Shown here piece after piece: positions 26,752 to 41,018 of a DNA stretch of 64,000 nt. Below the pieces are notes generated by a model, which searched no databases, was not told where the DNA came from, and saw nothing but the letters and a program-made list of their open reading frames with translations. How positions within the stretch are numbered: position 1 is the first letter of the stretch; every line of letters starts with the position of its first letter. Position numbers and translations under genes: made by a program. The DNA comes from Octopus sinensis. Its lineage: Eukaryota. The stretch is taken from positions 36,208,001 to 36,272,000 of the forward strand of contig NC_042997.1 of assembly GCF_006345805.1 (NCBI RefSeq). The letters are read 5' to 3'.

Positions 26752-27550
26752 GACACACTCAAACAAACGTGTGTATATAGCTAAGTGTGTACATACGTAA
26801 ATATGTGTATAATGATTTTATGGTAAATATTTTGTCTTCGATGCAAATAATAATAATTATGTCGCGTAGCAATATCAAACGCATTTCAGCTGCTGTTAAA
26901 CTTCCATTGCTTATATAGTAGTGTTCTTCCCCAACTTACTACCAGAGAATTCCTGCTGAAATTTGCTATTTTCATTATGTTTATCTATGAATTTCTGTGA
27001 CCGAGTTTTGTTGAAGATTGCAGTGATAGTGGCGATATGCTTAACACGGTGATAATAGCACACTTTGCATTGTTTCAAAATCAATTTTCTATATTCTAAC
27101 GTATCTATTTGAACTTCTGTTTACATCAAAATATCGAGCTTGGTGATGTAGCATTTTATAACAAACGTCTCATCTGTTATTTGTCGAATTTGGATTATTT
27201 GTTCTTGAATTGAATTGATATGAAAATAAACATTGAGGAAACGAAACATAACTTTCGGTTCAGATAGCATGTCTCTAGTATATTTTCAGTTAACTTCTGT
27301 TTGCAATAACGCTGAAAATACACACAAAATATACCATCTACATGCACATTTTCACCCTTACTTATTTACATCCATTGAAACTTAAATATAGACATTTATA
27401 TATATGTTTGTGTACACATGTATGTATCTATTTCTAGGGCTACGTATGTGTGACTATGCATATATATATATACATATATATACTCATATATATGCATATA
27501 TATTCATATCCATATACATATATAAGTATATATATATATATTATATATAC

Positions 27551-27603
<53 letters not shown>

Positions 27604-27612
27604 CACACACAT

Positions 27613-27662
<50 letters not shown>

Positions 27663-27879
27663 GTATATATATAAATATATATATTATATATACATATATA
27701 CACGCATATATAAATGGATACATAGAAATGCATATCGGAATATAAGAGCTGGATGACATGAGAAAAACCTATTTTACATATTGCAAACATCTATAGTCGA
27801 TCAAAATATTTTATATCTCAAATGTTGAAACTCATTCACCAAAAATTCCATATAATTTTATTTTTTAGACAAATACATT

Positions 27880-28860
27880 AAAAGCGATACATATGGACTC
27901 AACTCACACATGCTGCAAATACTGTCTGGTAGTTTATGCTCCTTGAGTCATTATTCCCCGCTTTCTCTTCTTCGCGTACAGAAATACTAATTTCCCATTT
28001 GAATCCAAACATACATACACATCTTCAATTTCAGCTCGTTTTGAAACCTCACAAACTTGTCGTTCAATATCGCTGGCAGAAGGAAGCGTACACCTCGAAG
28101 TCATTTAAAATGAAAGAGATAGATCTTGCTCTCAGAAATCCTAGTAATGTATGAGACACCCGTGAAGATGTAAGCTCTTTGAATGCTAATACCAGGCCGA
28201 ATGTGTTTATATAAATCGTTTAGTCGGAACATTCTAAGAGAACATAATGAAATTAAATTGAAGTGGAGAGGTTCACCTACTTTTCTCTAGAAATAAACTT
28301 TTTCTGGATCTATTGAGAAATGTCCATCCAGCAATATAAATTACTAAATACGTTTTAAATCTGCTACGTCGTGTAAGAAACAGTCTCTTACATAAGAACT
28401 ATCTTGTTCCTGTTGGAGCACGATATGTATATTCTAGGCAATCTGGTCTACTGTTACACGATGTCACGCCTTGTTTACAACTTTGACTTCTTATAAGTAA
28501 CGTCAAATTCTCATTAAAACGTAAATGAGGAGACGAAAATATATGTTATGGACTCTGTGGTTGGGATAGTGTTTTCTTTTTTCAGTTTCTATTTTTATTG
28601 TTGAATTCTTTTAAGCAAGGAATTATTGATGCTATCGTTACCCCACATAGTTTTCCTGATGATCTAATTGTTAATTTTAGTGTTGTAGATATCCTAAAGT
28701 GAAAATAATACTGGATCCTGGATAGATCGTCTGTTCTAACCAAACCTAGAAACATAAGTGACATCAGTTTTTCTGAAGACGGTATGTCGGTAAATCTAAA
28801 TTTCATCAGTTGCTTCTCTACATACATCAGAATCTATGCAAATAGGGTTTGCAGTGATTG
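27880..28860 (-). pseudogene. Possible decayed hAT transposase
   Basis: TDIPSSEKLM and GKLCGVT resemble hAT TDISxxxQL and KLxGVTTDGA motifs; an MFG-like motif lies near 28000. Highly decayed. Confidence 0.35.
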
Positions 28861-28878
28861 TTAGGGACGGATACACTA

Positions 28879-28931
<53 letters not shown>

Positions 28932-29128
28932 GAGTGAGAGAGAAGCGCATGCCCTCAAAGTGACCCTGGGGTAAAATATACGAAGCCCAGTATACCCATC
29001 ATGATTACTCGGCTGATAAGGGTACACTAAGCACATGCATCACAACGAACTCCTAACTTGTTGTATCATGAGGTCTCTGGATGAAACTTGGTGTCAACAT
29101 GTACAAATACAAAGCGAAAATCAAACAT

Positions 29129-29193
<65 letters not shown>

Positions 29194-29203
29194 AACAATA
29201 ATC

Positions 29204-29418
29204 ATTTCTACTCTAGGTACAAGGCCCGAAATATTGGAGGAGGCGGCCAATCAATTAGATCAACCACAGTACGGAACTGGTACTTAATTTTTATCGACCT
29301 CGAAAGGATAAAAGGCAAAATCGACCTTGTCGGAATTTCAACGCAGAAAGTACCGACGGGAAAAATACTCCCAAGCACTTCGTCCAACGTGTGAAATATT
29401 ATGCCAGCTCGCCGCCTT
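29204..29418 (-). mobile_element. SINE family B copy between (AAT)n tracts
   Basis: Reverse-complement similarity to 61242-61460 (CTGGTACTTAATTTTTATCGACCTCGAAAGGAT...CCAGCTCGCC). Confidence 0.75.
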
Positions 29419-29422
29419 GATG

Positions 29423-29499
<77 letters not shown>

Positions 29500-29899
29500 C
29501 ACAACAACAACAACAACAATAAAAATAATAATATCTTGAAACATCATAAATTATAATATCTTCTCTTTCATCAATGCCATCGATCAATATAATAAGCAAT
29601 TCATTTAGAAAATATTTTCACTGTTTTTGGCGAGAAATCAAATGCCTATATCGCGAGAAAGAGGTCATATGTTGCTATACTTGCTATCAGTTTATTCCTT
29701 TAAACAGAAGTCTGATTTCTGATTAATCACGTCAAAGAGGTGAGGAATGCTAAGAGGCAGAGAGAGAAGAAACGTGTTATTAAAAATGTAAATATCTATT
29801 TCTCTTGGCTTTTCATAAATTTTTGGCATGTTTTATTGAACTGTCTTCTTTGCATATTTAATTCTATGCATTTTGAATTTATATATATTTCATTGCACA

Positions 29900-29989
<90 letters not shown>

Positions 29990-30192
29990 ATATAGATATA
30001 TTTCTCTTAGACACAAACATATACACCATTTCGGCTTGTGTGTGTATGAGTGTGCATAAATATACATGTATACATACACATATTAACGTACACATGAGCA
30101 CACTTATATTCTTGTAAATACACACACACACACGCACAATATATGCAAATTTATATAAATTATATATGCACACATACGCACACACATGTGTG

Positions 30193-30218
30193 TTTCTATC
30201 TAGTTAGCTATCTATCTG

Positions 30219-30280
<62 letters not shown>

Positions 30281-30330
30281 CATCTATCTATCTATCTAGC
30301 TAGCTAGCTAGCTAGCTATATATATATATA
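30193..30330. repeat. (TATC)n/(TAGC)n tetranucleotide microsatellite
   Basis: Read directly from the sequence; similar tracts at 43660 and 47275. Confidence 0.9.
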
Positions 30331-30759
30331 ATTCAACTACGGTACTAGTTGAATAATATTCTTAAAGCTACAATTTACTCACGCAGCATATTTCAGAGCT
30401 CGTTACTTATTCATTTCTTAACTAAATGGAAAACAGTCAACATTTTTGGAAAGAACACTATCCTTAGCTACACATTTGCCTAAGAGAATTCAGATTTATA
30501 AAGTAGAAAATGTTTACATCAATATTTGTAACGAAGTTATAAGAGAGTATGTAGTGCCACAAATGATGTTAAGAACTGAATAACTTTTCTTTTTATTTCA
30601 AAAGCAAAATATATTTATATTAGCTTTAATGATAGAGAAAAGCGTGAAGAATTGTTTTCTCTTGATCCCATACAACAAAAGTGAGTATAAAATAATTTGT
30701 GAGTGATAACTTTGATAACTGTGACGGGTTGCGGCCAGTATATGTCCAGGCCATGTCTA

Positions 30760-31690
30760 ACACAATAGCACCACTTGGTGAAGTCTTTTAGTCATATATG
30801 GGGCACAATAGCCCACTATACAAAGAGGTATTATTGTTGGAGACATATCCAGGTATAGGAGGTTGGTCTGGAATTTTTTGGGGAACTTTTCCCCAGTGAG
30901 TATTTATGGAATTCGTTTCCGTTTTGACGTATTTTGGTTTGGTATTAAAGAGAGCTCGACCGGTTGAGGTAAAGCAATTGTGACGTAATGTTGCTCTGTG
31001 TACTGAGATCGATTTCTGTAGTAGGCCGATAGCACGTGGTCCAAGTCTTGGATGGGTTTTAAAATTAATGGCAAAATCACCTGTACTATATTGATGGAAT
31101 ATTTTCCACATAACACAAATGATGTAGCACCCCATCATTGATGTCTTTTACTTTCATAATGAGTTGCTTCGTATGGGGGTCCACAGTCGGCAACAGTACT
31201 CAAGGTGGGGTCGGGTAAAAAGTACTGTAGAGAATGATGATGGTGTAGGCATCTCTAGATCGGTAAGTTTTTAGAATCTGGTAGTACATATTGCGGGTCA
31301 AGTCAACCTTGCCGTTTACGTGAGAACTCCAGCTTAGATTGTTATCAACAATTGTCCAAGATCTCTCGTGTTGTTGGATGACACTAGAGAGTCGCCCGAG
31401 GGAAGAGCAAATGGTAATTTCAGAGTTTCCTCTTTCCCAAAGTGGATCAAATAACACGTATCTTCATTTAAAAGCATATTGTTGTTCTTTTGCCCATTGG
31501 ACAATAGCAAATAGTTCTCACTGAAGTCATGTTTGGTCTCTTATGCCGTTTATGGCTTTCTGGAGTTTGGAATCATCCGCAAAGATTTTCAATGTAGAAT
31601 TTTTGATGACATCTACAAGGTCGTTGATGTAAATAATGAAGAGAAGTTAGCCCAACGCAGCAACTTGTAAGACACCAAAGGCAAACAATT
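30760..31690 (-). pseudogene. CR1/L2-group LINE reverse transcriptase 3' fragment
   Basis: Minus strand LLFIIYINDLVDVIKNSTLKIFADDSKLQK (RT FADD motif), then DLG-like/IVDNNLSWSSHV and C-terminal TLRHNCFTSTGRALFN; stops and frameshifts present. Confidence 0.85.
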
Positions 31691-32087
31691 GAGTTTAAGC
31701 ATAATTAACTATTTTACTTTCAAAACAAACTATATATATAATATATTAATGCACAAAGAATGGACCACTAACTGGATTCCTTGCACGTTCAAAGGGCTAG
31801 TTAAAACCCACACCACCAAAATGAGAATTCATGAATACTTTTTCGTAATTTGGGTCTTAACTGTTTGTTTTAGCTTGTAGGTAATCCTCTCAATGGTCTC
31901 CTCTTAGTGTATAAAACTATTTCTTACACTCATATTTATTAAAATATGTTGTGTCTTATGACTATTTATGCATGCTAACTAGTGGTAATAAATTAAATTA
32001 TTTTAATTTATTACCCTCATATGTACGATATAAAACATATTAGGGTATAAAACATAATACGTACACTATTGTATGTAAGACGTAATA

Positions 32088-32628
32088 TTGAGGATTGATT
32101 CAAAAGTACGGAACTGGTGATTTGAAATGAAAACTACAAAACCTATCAATTTGGTATTTCATCTCCTTCGAAGTAGTCCATTTCTGAAGCCGCAGACTTT
32201 CTCCAACGTCCTATCCATGGATGGAAGTATTCCTGGAATTCCTTTTTTCGGGATAGCGAGTATCTACCGCGTCACGTTCTTTAGGATGTCCTTCACGTCT
32301 TGAAAACTTGTTGGATGTTTTCCACAGCGAAACTGACTCTTCGTTTGGGATTCCCCGCCATATATATATTCAATTCATCACCTGTTATGATTGTTTTGAT
32401 TTCGCCTTTCTCCACGCAACCAAGGACATCCTGCTCAGTTGAAACCCAATTAAACAGCTACACCCAATGCATTTTATTTCCGAACATTGCGATAAACAAT
32501 GGAATTTAGGGAGAACGTTATAAATTAGTCGGCATAGTCTGCACTAGTTTGTGACGGGCTTCCCTCTATATAGTTTATTTCCGATACCATACCTACAGCC
32601 TCGATACTTTTTCATTAGATCTCGCTTA
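32088..32628 (-). mobile_element. Internally deleted mariner-like element
   Basis: Termini GAGGATTGATTCAAAAGTAC and GATACTTTTTCATTAGATCTC are loosely complementary; CTTCGAAGTAGTC reads as the mariner DYFE C-terminus on the minus strand. Confidence 0.55.
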
Positions 32629-32944
32629 TTTACAGGAAATATAAGACAGAGGTAACGTTTTCCATAATTATAATATCATAGCACGAACACATAAACCAGA
32701 TTGTCAACAGAATTCTCTTCTGAATACTGTTTCAATCTTCGGTCACCGCGAGGCCCTGGGTTGAGCTATAGTTACAATTTTCAACTACATTAGTTACCGT
32801 GATTGAATATTTGACACAGTTGCAACTGTATCACACACATACGCACACGCGCATGCACACACACAAACACACACACAGACAAACACATGCACATATATAT
32901 ACGTATGTCTATATATTGCCATCAATATGTATACATTATATACA

Positions 32945-33015
<71 letters not shown>

Positions 33016-33781
33016 CCTCACTAATAGCATATCAAAGATATGGCTCCACTACTTCATTCTTTGTATTATTTTGTGCTTTGTGCGTCTGCTCTTTCATAAT
33101 ATTTCCACCTATCCTTTGTGATATAAAACTGTACGTATGTGTCTACGAATTTTTTTTAAGGATGTGAACATTTGCAACCTATAAAACGAAGATCGTCAAA
33201 CTACACAATAAAGAAGTTCATATTCCTGAGTCTAGGTCAGGTCGGATCGATCAAATCTCTGCTCAAGAGCGCTTGGCTGTGTCTATTTTAATGCCATCAT
33301 CTATAATAATTTTAGAATGCCATAATCCAATATATCAATCAGTTACCCTTAATATTTCAGAACTGATTCCGTGTGGAAACGGACCGACAAATCAAATGTA
33401 CATACATATTCCAGCCATCATTCTGCATTTCATTTTATTTAACTTCATTTCAAAACTCACAGTATCAAATCTAACTTCTCTAACGATGCTGTTTTATCTG
33501 AAGAATATTTGGCTGCTATTTCTAGCTACGAATAGGGGCTCTCTACTAACACTATATACTGAAGCAATATTCTCCTACATTCTTTTGTGATGTATCATTG
33601 TATAGGAAACTGTGTAAAATCTAGCTATCCGGGTGGTAATGATTTTAGTGACAGACTATATTCTCAATAGAATATCACTATTACAGATACTTTATAGATA
33701 TCGATTTGTATACGCATGCACATATATACATACATATGCACGCATTTGCACATACAGATATAATATATATATATATATATG

Positions 33782-33821
<40 letters not shown>

Positions 33822-34618
33822 TATACATATTTACACATATTCATGCGTAGGTATATACATTCATGCATATATACATACATTTATATCTATATATACACAG
33901 AAGAAGAGAGTGATATATATTTATTTACTTATTTCATATGATTACATGAAGTAAAATAACCTTTGATCATCTATGCTGCCGATTCAATAATAGAGGTTAC
34001 ACATTATATGTAAACTGTAGTTTATGAAGAAGATAAGTATTGTATGGTATACGACCAGACGGAATACTGATTGTATAAATCCGTCTAAAACTAATACAGA
34101 AAGCATTGAAATATCTCATAGAAATAAGGTTTTGAAATCAAAGCATCGGTTCTGAAATATTATCATACAGTTCCCGCTGCTTCCTCTGTCCGAATATACA
34201 CAGACAACCATGTATGCATACATACACACATACATACTTCCATACACACACACACGCATATGAGTATATATAAGTATATGTAACTCCACATATAGAGCTT
34301 CTATTTGTGTAAGGGAATGTGATCGTACGAGCATGAATGTGTGTCTGTATTACAGTATTGCTGAGTCAATATCATAAATAGATTTTGGCAGAATTATTGT
34401 GAAATTTGTCAGTGGTTATGCAATTTTGAAAGTGTATATGTTTGTGCGTTAGTGTATGTGTGGATGTGCTTCAATCCGATTGTAAGCTTATGATTTGTGT
34501 ATGACTGTGTGCATATAAATTCATTATTTTAGGCACAAATCCGTGTTTCATCTTTAATATAATACCCTAAATTTAGTGAAAAGAATATTATCGAGAATCA
34601 CACTGCATATATATATAT

Positions 34619-34690
<72 letters not shown>

Positions 34691-34699
34691 TATATAATT

Positions 34700-34960
34700 C
34701 CATTCTTTAATGTGTTTCCGCCAAATACCGGTGATACTGGCACAAGTAAGCTCATAGGGTACCGTTTCAAGTTTTCCTGCCTTAAATTGTAAGCTGCTTT
34801 CTTCAGCCATGCCATATGTCACTTTGATCTTTCTTAATCTTTCCTGACTGCTTGTGCTACTTTTGTGTTGTCTGCAGAGTTGTCTATGTAACTCTCTAAG
34901 GTCACATCAGACAACAGTGGTCTTAATATTTCACATAGGCACCCCACTCGCTCGCTTTTC
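34700..34960 (-). pseudogene. Short CR1/L2-type RT fragment bracketed by (TA)n
   Basis: Minus strand SADNTKVAQAV...AEESSLQFKAGKLE resembles YADDTKV...WAEENNMQFNxxKF. Confidence 0.55.
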
Positions 34961-35038
34961 CAACTACGCCGAGCCCTCGCATCTTCCCGAATTATAGCTT
35001 TAAATCCGAAACCGTATTATAATGCTGCCTTAAACAGA

Positions 35039-35070
<32 letters not shown>

Positions 35071-36344
35071 TGGGAAATTCTCTCTGTTGGTGTATTTGTG
35101 GAGTTGTTAGCCAACTCCTCAATATATCGCTTCATAGATTTTGATGTAACTTGACACGTGAGTAGAACTCGTGTTTGCAAATCTCATGGCATAATTAGAA
35201 TGTTGAAAAAATTGATAATAGGGCTCCAGGAAGAGATCTTCTTATATATAACTAATATAGTGTATTTAAGCACGGAAGGGACATAGCCCATAACATCTAC
35301 ACTTACAATTGTCAGTTTTTAGCGAAGCGATCGGTATTTGATTCTCACGATCAGCGGACCTACAGAAACAGGCAAAATATCATCGGTGATCTCGTTAGCG
35401 TTCGCTAATTCTTAATATTTTCCTACCTACAGTTTTGAACTGATAAAACTTATTATTGCACTTTCTTGATTTGAATTTTAAACCTTGAATGCTTCATTCT
35501 TACACTTAAATACATACATACGTTTTTACTCTTATGTATACTACATTTATATATCTGCTTTAATAAATTAGCCCTGATAAAGTTACCTTTAAAAGACTAG
35601 TAGGAGAATGAATGGGTACTTATACTTGACAAGCTGCTCTAATGCGACAACGGCGATCTCAAGTAAGTCTCTGATTCATTATATTTGATATTTACTAAAT
35701 CAAACAATTATTTTTCGTCTATTCTACTTCAATATCTAGACAGTTATATATATATTGCTGTAATTAATCTTGACATTGCATCAAAAGAGAGTTTTTCAAC
35801 ATCTCCAAATAACTAAATGCTGGCTATGCTTGCAAGGTTTTCATTCAAATTTCATTACAGCTTGGATGCCTATAAGTCCGATAATCCTGCATATTCCCTG
35901 TTAAATGTTTTCGATGACAGTAGATAAAGTTTTGATTCCAGAACGTATTAAATTAGTGTGTCCCAATACAATGAACTCATACTTTGAATGCTTAAAATTC
36001 ATGCAAATGAAACCAAACTTCCACACCGCATTGAGTTGGGAGACCCTGTATCAGTTATACCTATTTCAGAAATCATAATATGTATTGCTTACTTACTGTT
36101 CATACAACATTTCGATGAAACAAACTGAGGCATGGAATTCAGAAATATTTTAGAGGTTTCATTGATTATGTCTGATTAATTTGAATATAGAATTTTAGTG
36201 TGTCGAATTTCTAATTTTTGCAGACAATATGACATTTATAATTTATTCATTTAACATACATACCAAAAACACAACGACAAAGACAAAGAAATGCAAGGGC
36301 ACCACAAAGACAAAGAAATGCAAGGGCACGACAAAATGTTGCTG

Positions 36345-36890
36345 CTTTTGGTCTGCCTCAGTCAGATATGTCACCTGAAGCCCTTGAAATCGAATATGTA
36401 CGGTGGATCAATTATGATGTCGAAGAAATGGCAGCGTTTGTGGCTGATAATGAACACAAATTGAACGAGGATAAAAAGACAGCCTTCGAATCCTTTATTT
36501 CGTCCACTCATAGCGAGACTGGTAATCTCTTCTTTCTCGATGCTTGAGATGGAACTGGCAAAACATTAACTATCAATCATATTTTGGTGAAGCTGGGACA
36601 AAATAAACAGATAGCCCTCGCCGTGGCTTCAAGTAGAACTTGCAACTCTGTTCAACGGTGGACGCACAGCTCATTCATGCTTCAAATTGCCTTGCATCTT
36701 GCAATAAAAAAAAGAGAGATGGCGACCTGCAATATCAGTCGTGGTACTAGAAAACCAAAAATTCTCACCGAGTGCAAATTAATCATTTGTGATGAAGCAA
36801 CAATGAATCATAAGGGGGCTTCAAGATTACTTCAAAATCTCAGGTGCAACAGGTTATATGCTGACTAAGTAGGAGTAATGCTACTGTTGT
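36345..36890 (+). pseudogene. Helitron PIF1-type helicase fragment (motifs I-II)
   Basis: LNEDKKTAF...LFFLDA*DGTGKTLTINHILVKL...IALAVASS...KLIICDEATM: Walker A and DE motifs, with stops and a frameshift. Confidence 0.85.
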
Positions 36891-36959
36891 GTCATCTTGC
36901 AGATATTAATGTCACCACCACTTATTAATACATTGTTTCGTTCCAGGTAAACTGACATC

Positions 36960-37580
36960 TGACCGATCAAAAACGACTTTAAATATAACTATTCGTGAAT
37001 TCTCTTAAAAATGAACAAAATTTCGCATCGTGGTGTCATCAAGTACCTGCAGAAAAAAGGATTTAGCCCACGAAGTCATTCACACTGAAAAGATTGCTGC
37101 ATTAGATAAGGGCACTGTAGTTTTATCAACAGTGCAAAGTTAGCGGAGTGCAGGAGGGGATGGGAGATTTCTGTAGATGACTTGTGGTCAGGAATTCATA
37201 CAACTACGACCACCGAGGAATTCAGTGATCGTTTTAAACACATAATGATGGGTGACAGGCAATTGACTATAAATCAAATAGCTAAGGCCATTATCATATC
37301 TCGTGAGAGATTTGACAATATTCTACATAATGGACTCTGTATGGCGAAGCTTTCTGCTCGGTGGGCGCAACGTCTTCTAATACCTGATCAAAAGCGCACA
37401 AAGCTGGTCACATCGCGGGAAATGTGACATTGTTTAAAGCACATCCCGGTTCGTAATTTTGAATCAGTGACAAAGTGACAACACAACAAGTGGAAACATT
37501 ATTCATCCATTGCGTTAAACAAGGCCAATGTCATTTCATCTGGAGGCATTAGTTATTTTGGGATGCGAAAAGCAGTGTTG
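36960..37580 (+). pseudogene. Mariner transposase 5' half
   Basis: HRGVIKYLQKK, DRQLTINQIA, KLSARWAQRLL (WVPRLL-like) and FWDAK motifs; truncated at (TAA)n. Confidence 0.8.
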
Positions 37581-37637
<57 letters not shown>

Positions 37638-38458
37638 GACAAAGAAAAATCCCAGAAATGGTTGAGAAGCTCAGGACTCAAAGCAGAGACAGAGGGATTT
37701 TTGATTGCAGCACAAGACCAAGGCCTCCCCACCAGAAATTACCAAAAACATGTATTTAAAAGAAATATAAAAAGTAACTGCAGAATATGTGGAGATGGAC
37801 AAGAAACAATAAATCATATTATCTCTGGCTGCCCAGTCCTGGCTAAGAAGGAATATATTCACAGACATGACAAAGTTGGAACCTACATACACTGGAAGCT
37901 ATGCCACCATTATGGAATAACAACAGAAAAAAGATGGTATAGGCACACACCAGAAAAGGTCACAGAAAACGAGAAAGCAACCGAACTCTGGGATATGCCG
38001 ATACTAACAGATAGAGAAATTAAGGCCAACAGACCAGATATAGTTGTCAGAGATCATTAAGAAAAAAAATGCTTTCTAATTAATGTATCAATACCGGCAG
38101 ATGACAACGTGTCTCTAAAAGAAATGGAGAAAATATCAAAATACAAAGACCTGGAAATAGAGGTAACCAGAATGTGGAATCTAAAAACAGAAACAATTCC
38201 TCTCATAGTAGGTGCATTAGGCATGATAAAAAATATTTAGACAAATACATAACAAAAACACCAGGACTTACAAACACATATAACATACAGAAAATTGCAT
38301 TACTAGGCACTGCACACATCCTACGCAGAACACTTTCCATACAATAACCATCAGAGCATCACAACAAATCACAGCACATACCCAAGGCACACAGAGCTGC
38401 GCTCGGTAGTGAAGTGAAAGCACGCTATAAAAATAACACTACTGAATGATAATAATAA
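37638..38458 (+). mobile_element. 5'-truncated R4/Dong-type non-LTR retrotransposon (restriction-like endonuclease) in (TAA)n
   Basis: CRICGDGQETINHIISGC CCHC knuckle, RHDKV, RPDIV...KYKDL PD-(D/E)xK endonuclease, IVGALG C-terminus; one premature stop at 38058; TAA repeats on both sides. Confidence 0.9.
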
Positions 38459-39286
38459 GTTCCTTTTCCTGAAATGCTGAATTATTTATTCTTTATATGA
38501 AAGGTATATTAGTATACACATAGTGACGTAATATATTTTAATATATATATATGTAGAAGGTTGAAAAGGAAAGCACGAACTGATATGTATGCGGAATATA
38601 AGACAAGGTAGAAAATGCTAAAATAATTTAATCACTAAGAACATTTTAGTACCCCTTTCTGTCCTTGCGACTTTTTCAACTTAGAGTAAAGCATTATAAA
38701 ACAATTAAATTGTGGAAAAATTAAATGAAATACTTTTTTTAAAATATTGCAAATGCAAAGGATATTTTCGTTTTATCTATCTGTTTCTCTTTAGAATTTT
38801 TTATATAATGCATATATACACACATATGTCTACATATATATGTATATATACATGCATATATACATGCCTACATATATATGTATATATACATGCATATACA
38901 GAGGACGTCAAAAAACGTGAACAAAATGAGAAACGAGGAAATAAAAAAACAAAATCACGGAAAACGATTAATTTTTGAACAACAAAAGAATCAAATAGAG
39001 AAACTAGACAGGGAACAAAAAGTACATTCCCTTCATCAGTTGTGCCCTGTATTTTCTACTCCGCGCATCGAGTATAGGGACAAAACGCGACTTCGTTAAA
39101 ATAGTCATTCCCGTTAAGCAAATTAAATAAAAATTTGTGATTTTTTGCCGAGGGTTAAAGTGGTAACAAAAACAAGACAGTACAAACAAAACTGTAAAAA
39201 TAAATGTTGAGAGCTGTTAAGCCTCAACGTGGTGAAGTGGTGAACACTGGAAAAACGAGCTTTGAGTTTTATCTCTCTCCCTCTCT

Positions 39287-39350
<64 letters not shown>

Positions 39351-40041
39351 TATAAGTGTGTGAGTATTATGTGAGAGTGAGAGTGATAGATATTTCAGAA
39401 TGAAAGAAGAAAAAAAGAACGGGAGGGGGAGGAATCTCTCGAAAGTGTATGCATGTGGAAGCTCGACTGTGATTACAAAAGCAGCTAAAATAATCTTACA
39501 AATATGATAGAAATATATATACTTAGATGCATTGTTCATGGAAGAGTTGTATGTAAACGTGCGTGACTGTGTGTTTTTCTGTGTGCTTTCGTGTGTGTTT
39601 GTGCATGTTTGCATGTCTGCTTTTGCGTATTTGTGTGTGTTTGCGCGTGCATGCACTTGTTTTGTTCTTAGAAGTGGGTCAATTCTGATACAGCATAAGC
39701 ATGGTTAAAATCGATCCGTTTCTTAGGCAATTTTTCTTTGTTTCAAGAAACACTATATCGAGAACTACATTTTGTAATGCATCCGTCGAGTGTTAAAAAC
39801 AGTACGTTGTAGATATACGTAGATATACGTTGTAGATATACGTAGCTGCTAATTTTTTCATAGGTCGAATGTCCAAGAAGAAAATCTTTTGTTGTTCTCA
39901 TTTGTTTGTAGATATATGGAATTATAGTTGCATGTAATGAGCGCTTCCTTTTTTTCTTTCGCATTGATGAAAATCCTAGGTTTCCTAGGAATATTTTCTT
40001 TTTTCTTTAATATATAAAATAAGACTGCGTATGTCTGGAAT

Positions 40042-40442
40042 CTCTTTACTCTCTCTTTTACTTGTCTCAGTCATTTGACTGCGGCCATGCTGGAGCACCG
40101 CCTTTAGTCGAGCAAATTGACCCCGGGACTTATTCTTTGTAAGCCCAGTGCTTATTCTATCGGTCTCTTTTGCCGAACCGCTAAGTGACGGGGACGTAAA
40201 CACACCAACATCGGTTGTTAGGCAATGCTAGGGGGACAAACACAGACACACAAACATATACACACACACTTATATATATACATATATACGTCAGGCTTCT
40301 TTCAGTTTCCATCTGCCAAATCCACTCACAAGGCATTGGTCGGCCCTGGGCTATAGCAGAAGACACTTGCCCAAGATGCCACTGAACCCTAAACCATGTG
40401 GTTGGTTAGCAAGCTACTTACCACATAGCCACTCCTGCGCCA
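40042..40442 (-). mobile_element. SINE family A, full length
   Basis: Near-identical to 3219-3612. Confidence 0.85.
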
Positions 40443-40983
40443 GGAATACTTACTAAGTCAATATATTTTCGATAGGATCTCGGCTGAATGAAGAACGAAT
40501 TTTATATTATCGCAAACAAATTTTAGTCTAACTTTCTACAAATCCTCAAGCAATTCCTAACTACATACTTCACAAAAAGTCAATCAAGATTATACGGAAA
40601 ATTTGTGTCATATTACCAGTTTCTGTGAAACTAAATAGCACTGTCCCTTAGACAGTGTTTAAATGTTACAAATATTATTTCAAAGGAAGAGAGAAGTCTT
40701 TCTCCGTAACTGGGAAATCCGATAATATATATATAAATAGTATATTCTCAATCAAAATCCTCTCATCATATAAATAAGAAAATAATGCATTTTCATAGGC
40801 AGCTCTGAAATTAACATGTGGTGGACGTAAGAAAAATGCCTTAAGCATAATTCTTACTGATTATGATTCATCTTGGGTGAAACCAGAAAAAATATATTAC
40901 ATTCAGTGTGATGAAAGTAACAGTATTTTCCGTGCAGCTTCAAGCGTTTCTTTAATACATACATACATATTTACACACACACT

Positions 40984-41018
<35 letters not shown>

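Noticed and set aside
36278-36335. Short tandem duplication (about 27 bp); a similar one at 39803-39845
   Set aside because: Only two units and no unique spacers; ordinary slippage, not a CRISPR-like array.
38895-39270. Repeat with CTGATGA on the minus strand and a following AGGGAA/TTCCCT hairpin
   Set aside because: No GAAA follows the hairpin and no consistent stem I/III could be built, so it was not called a hammerhead.
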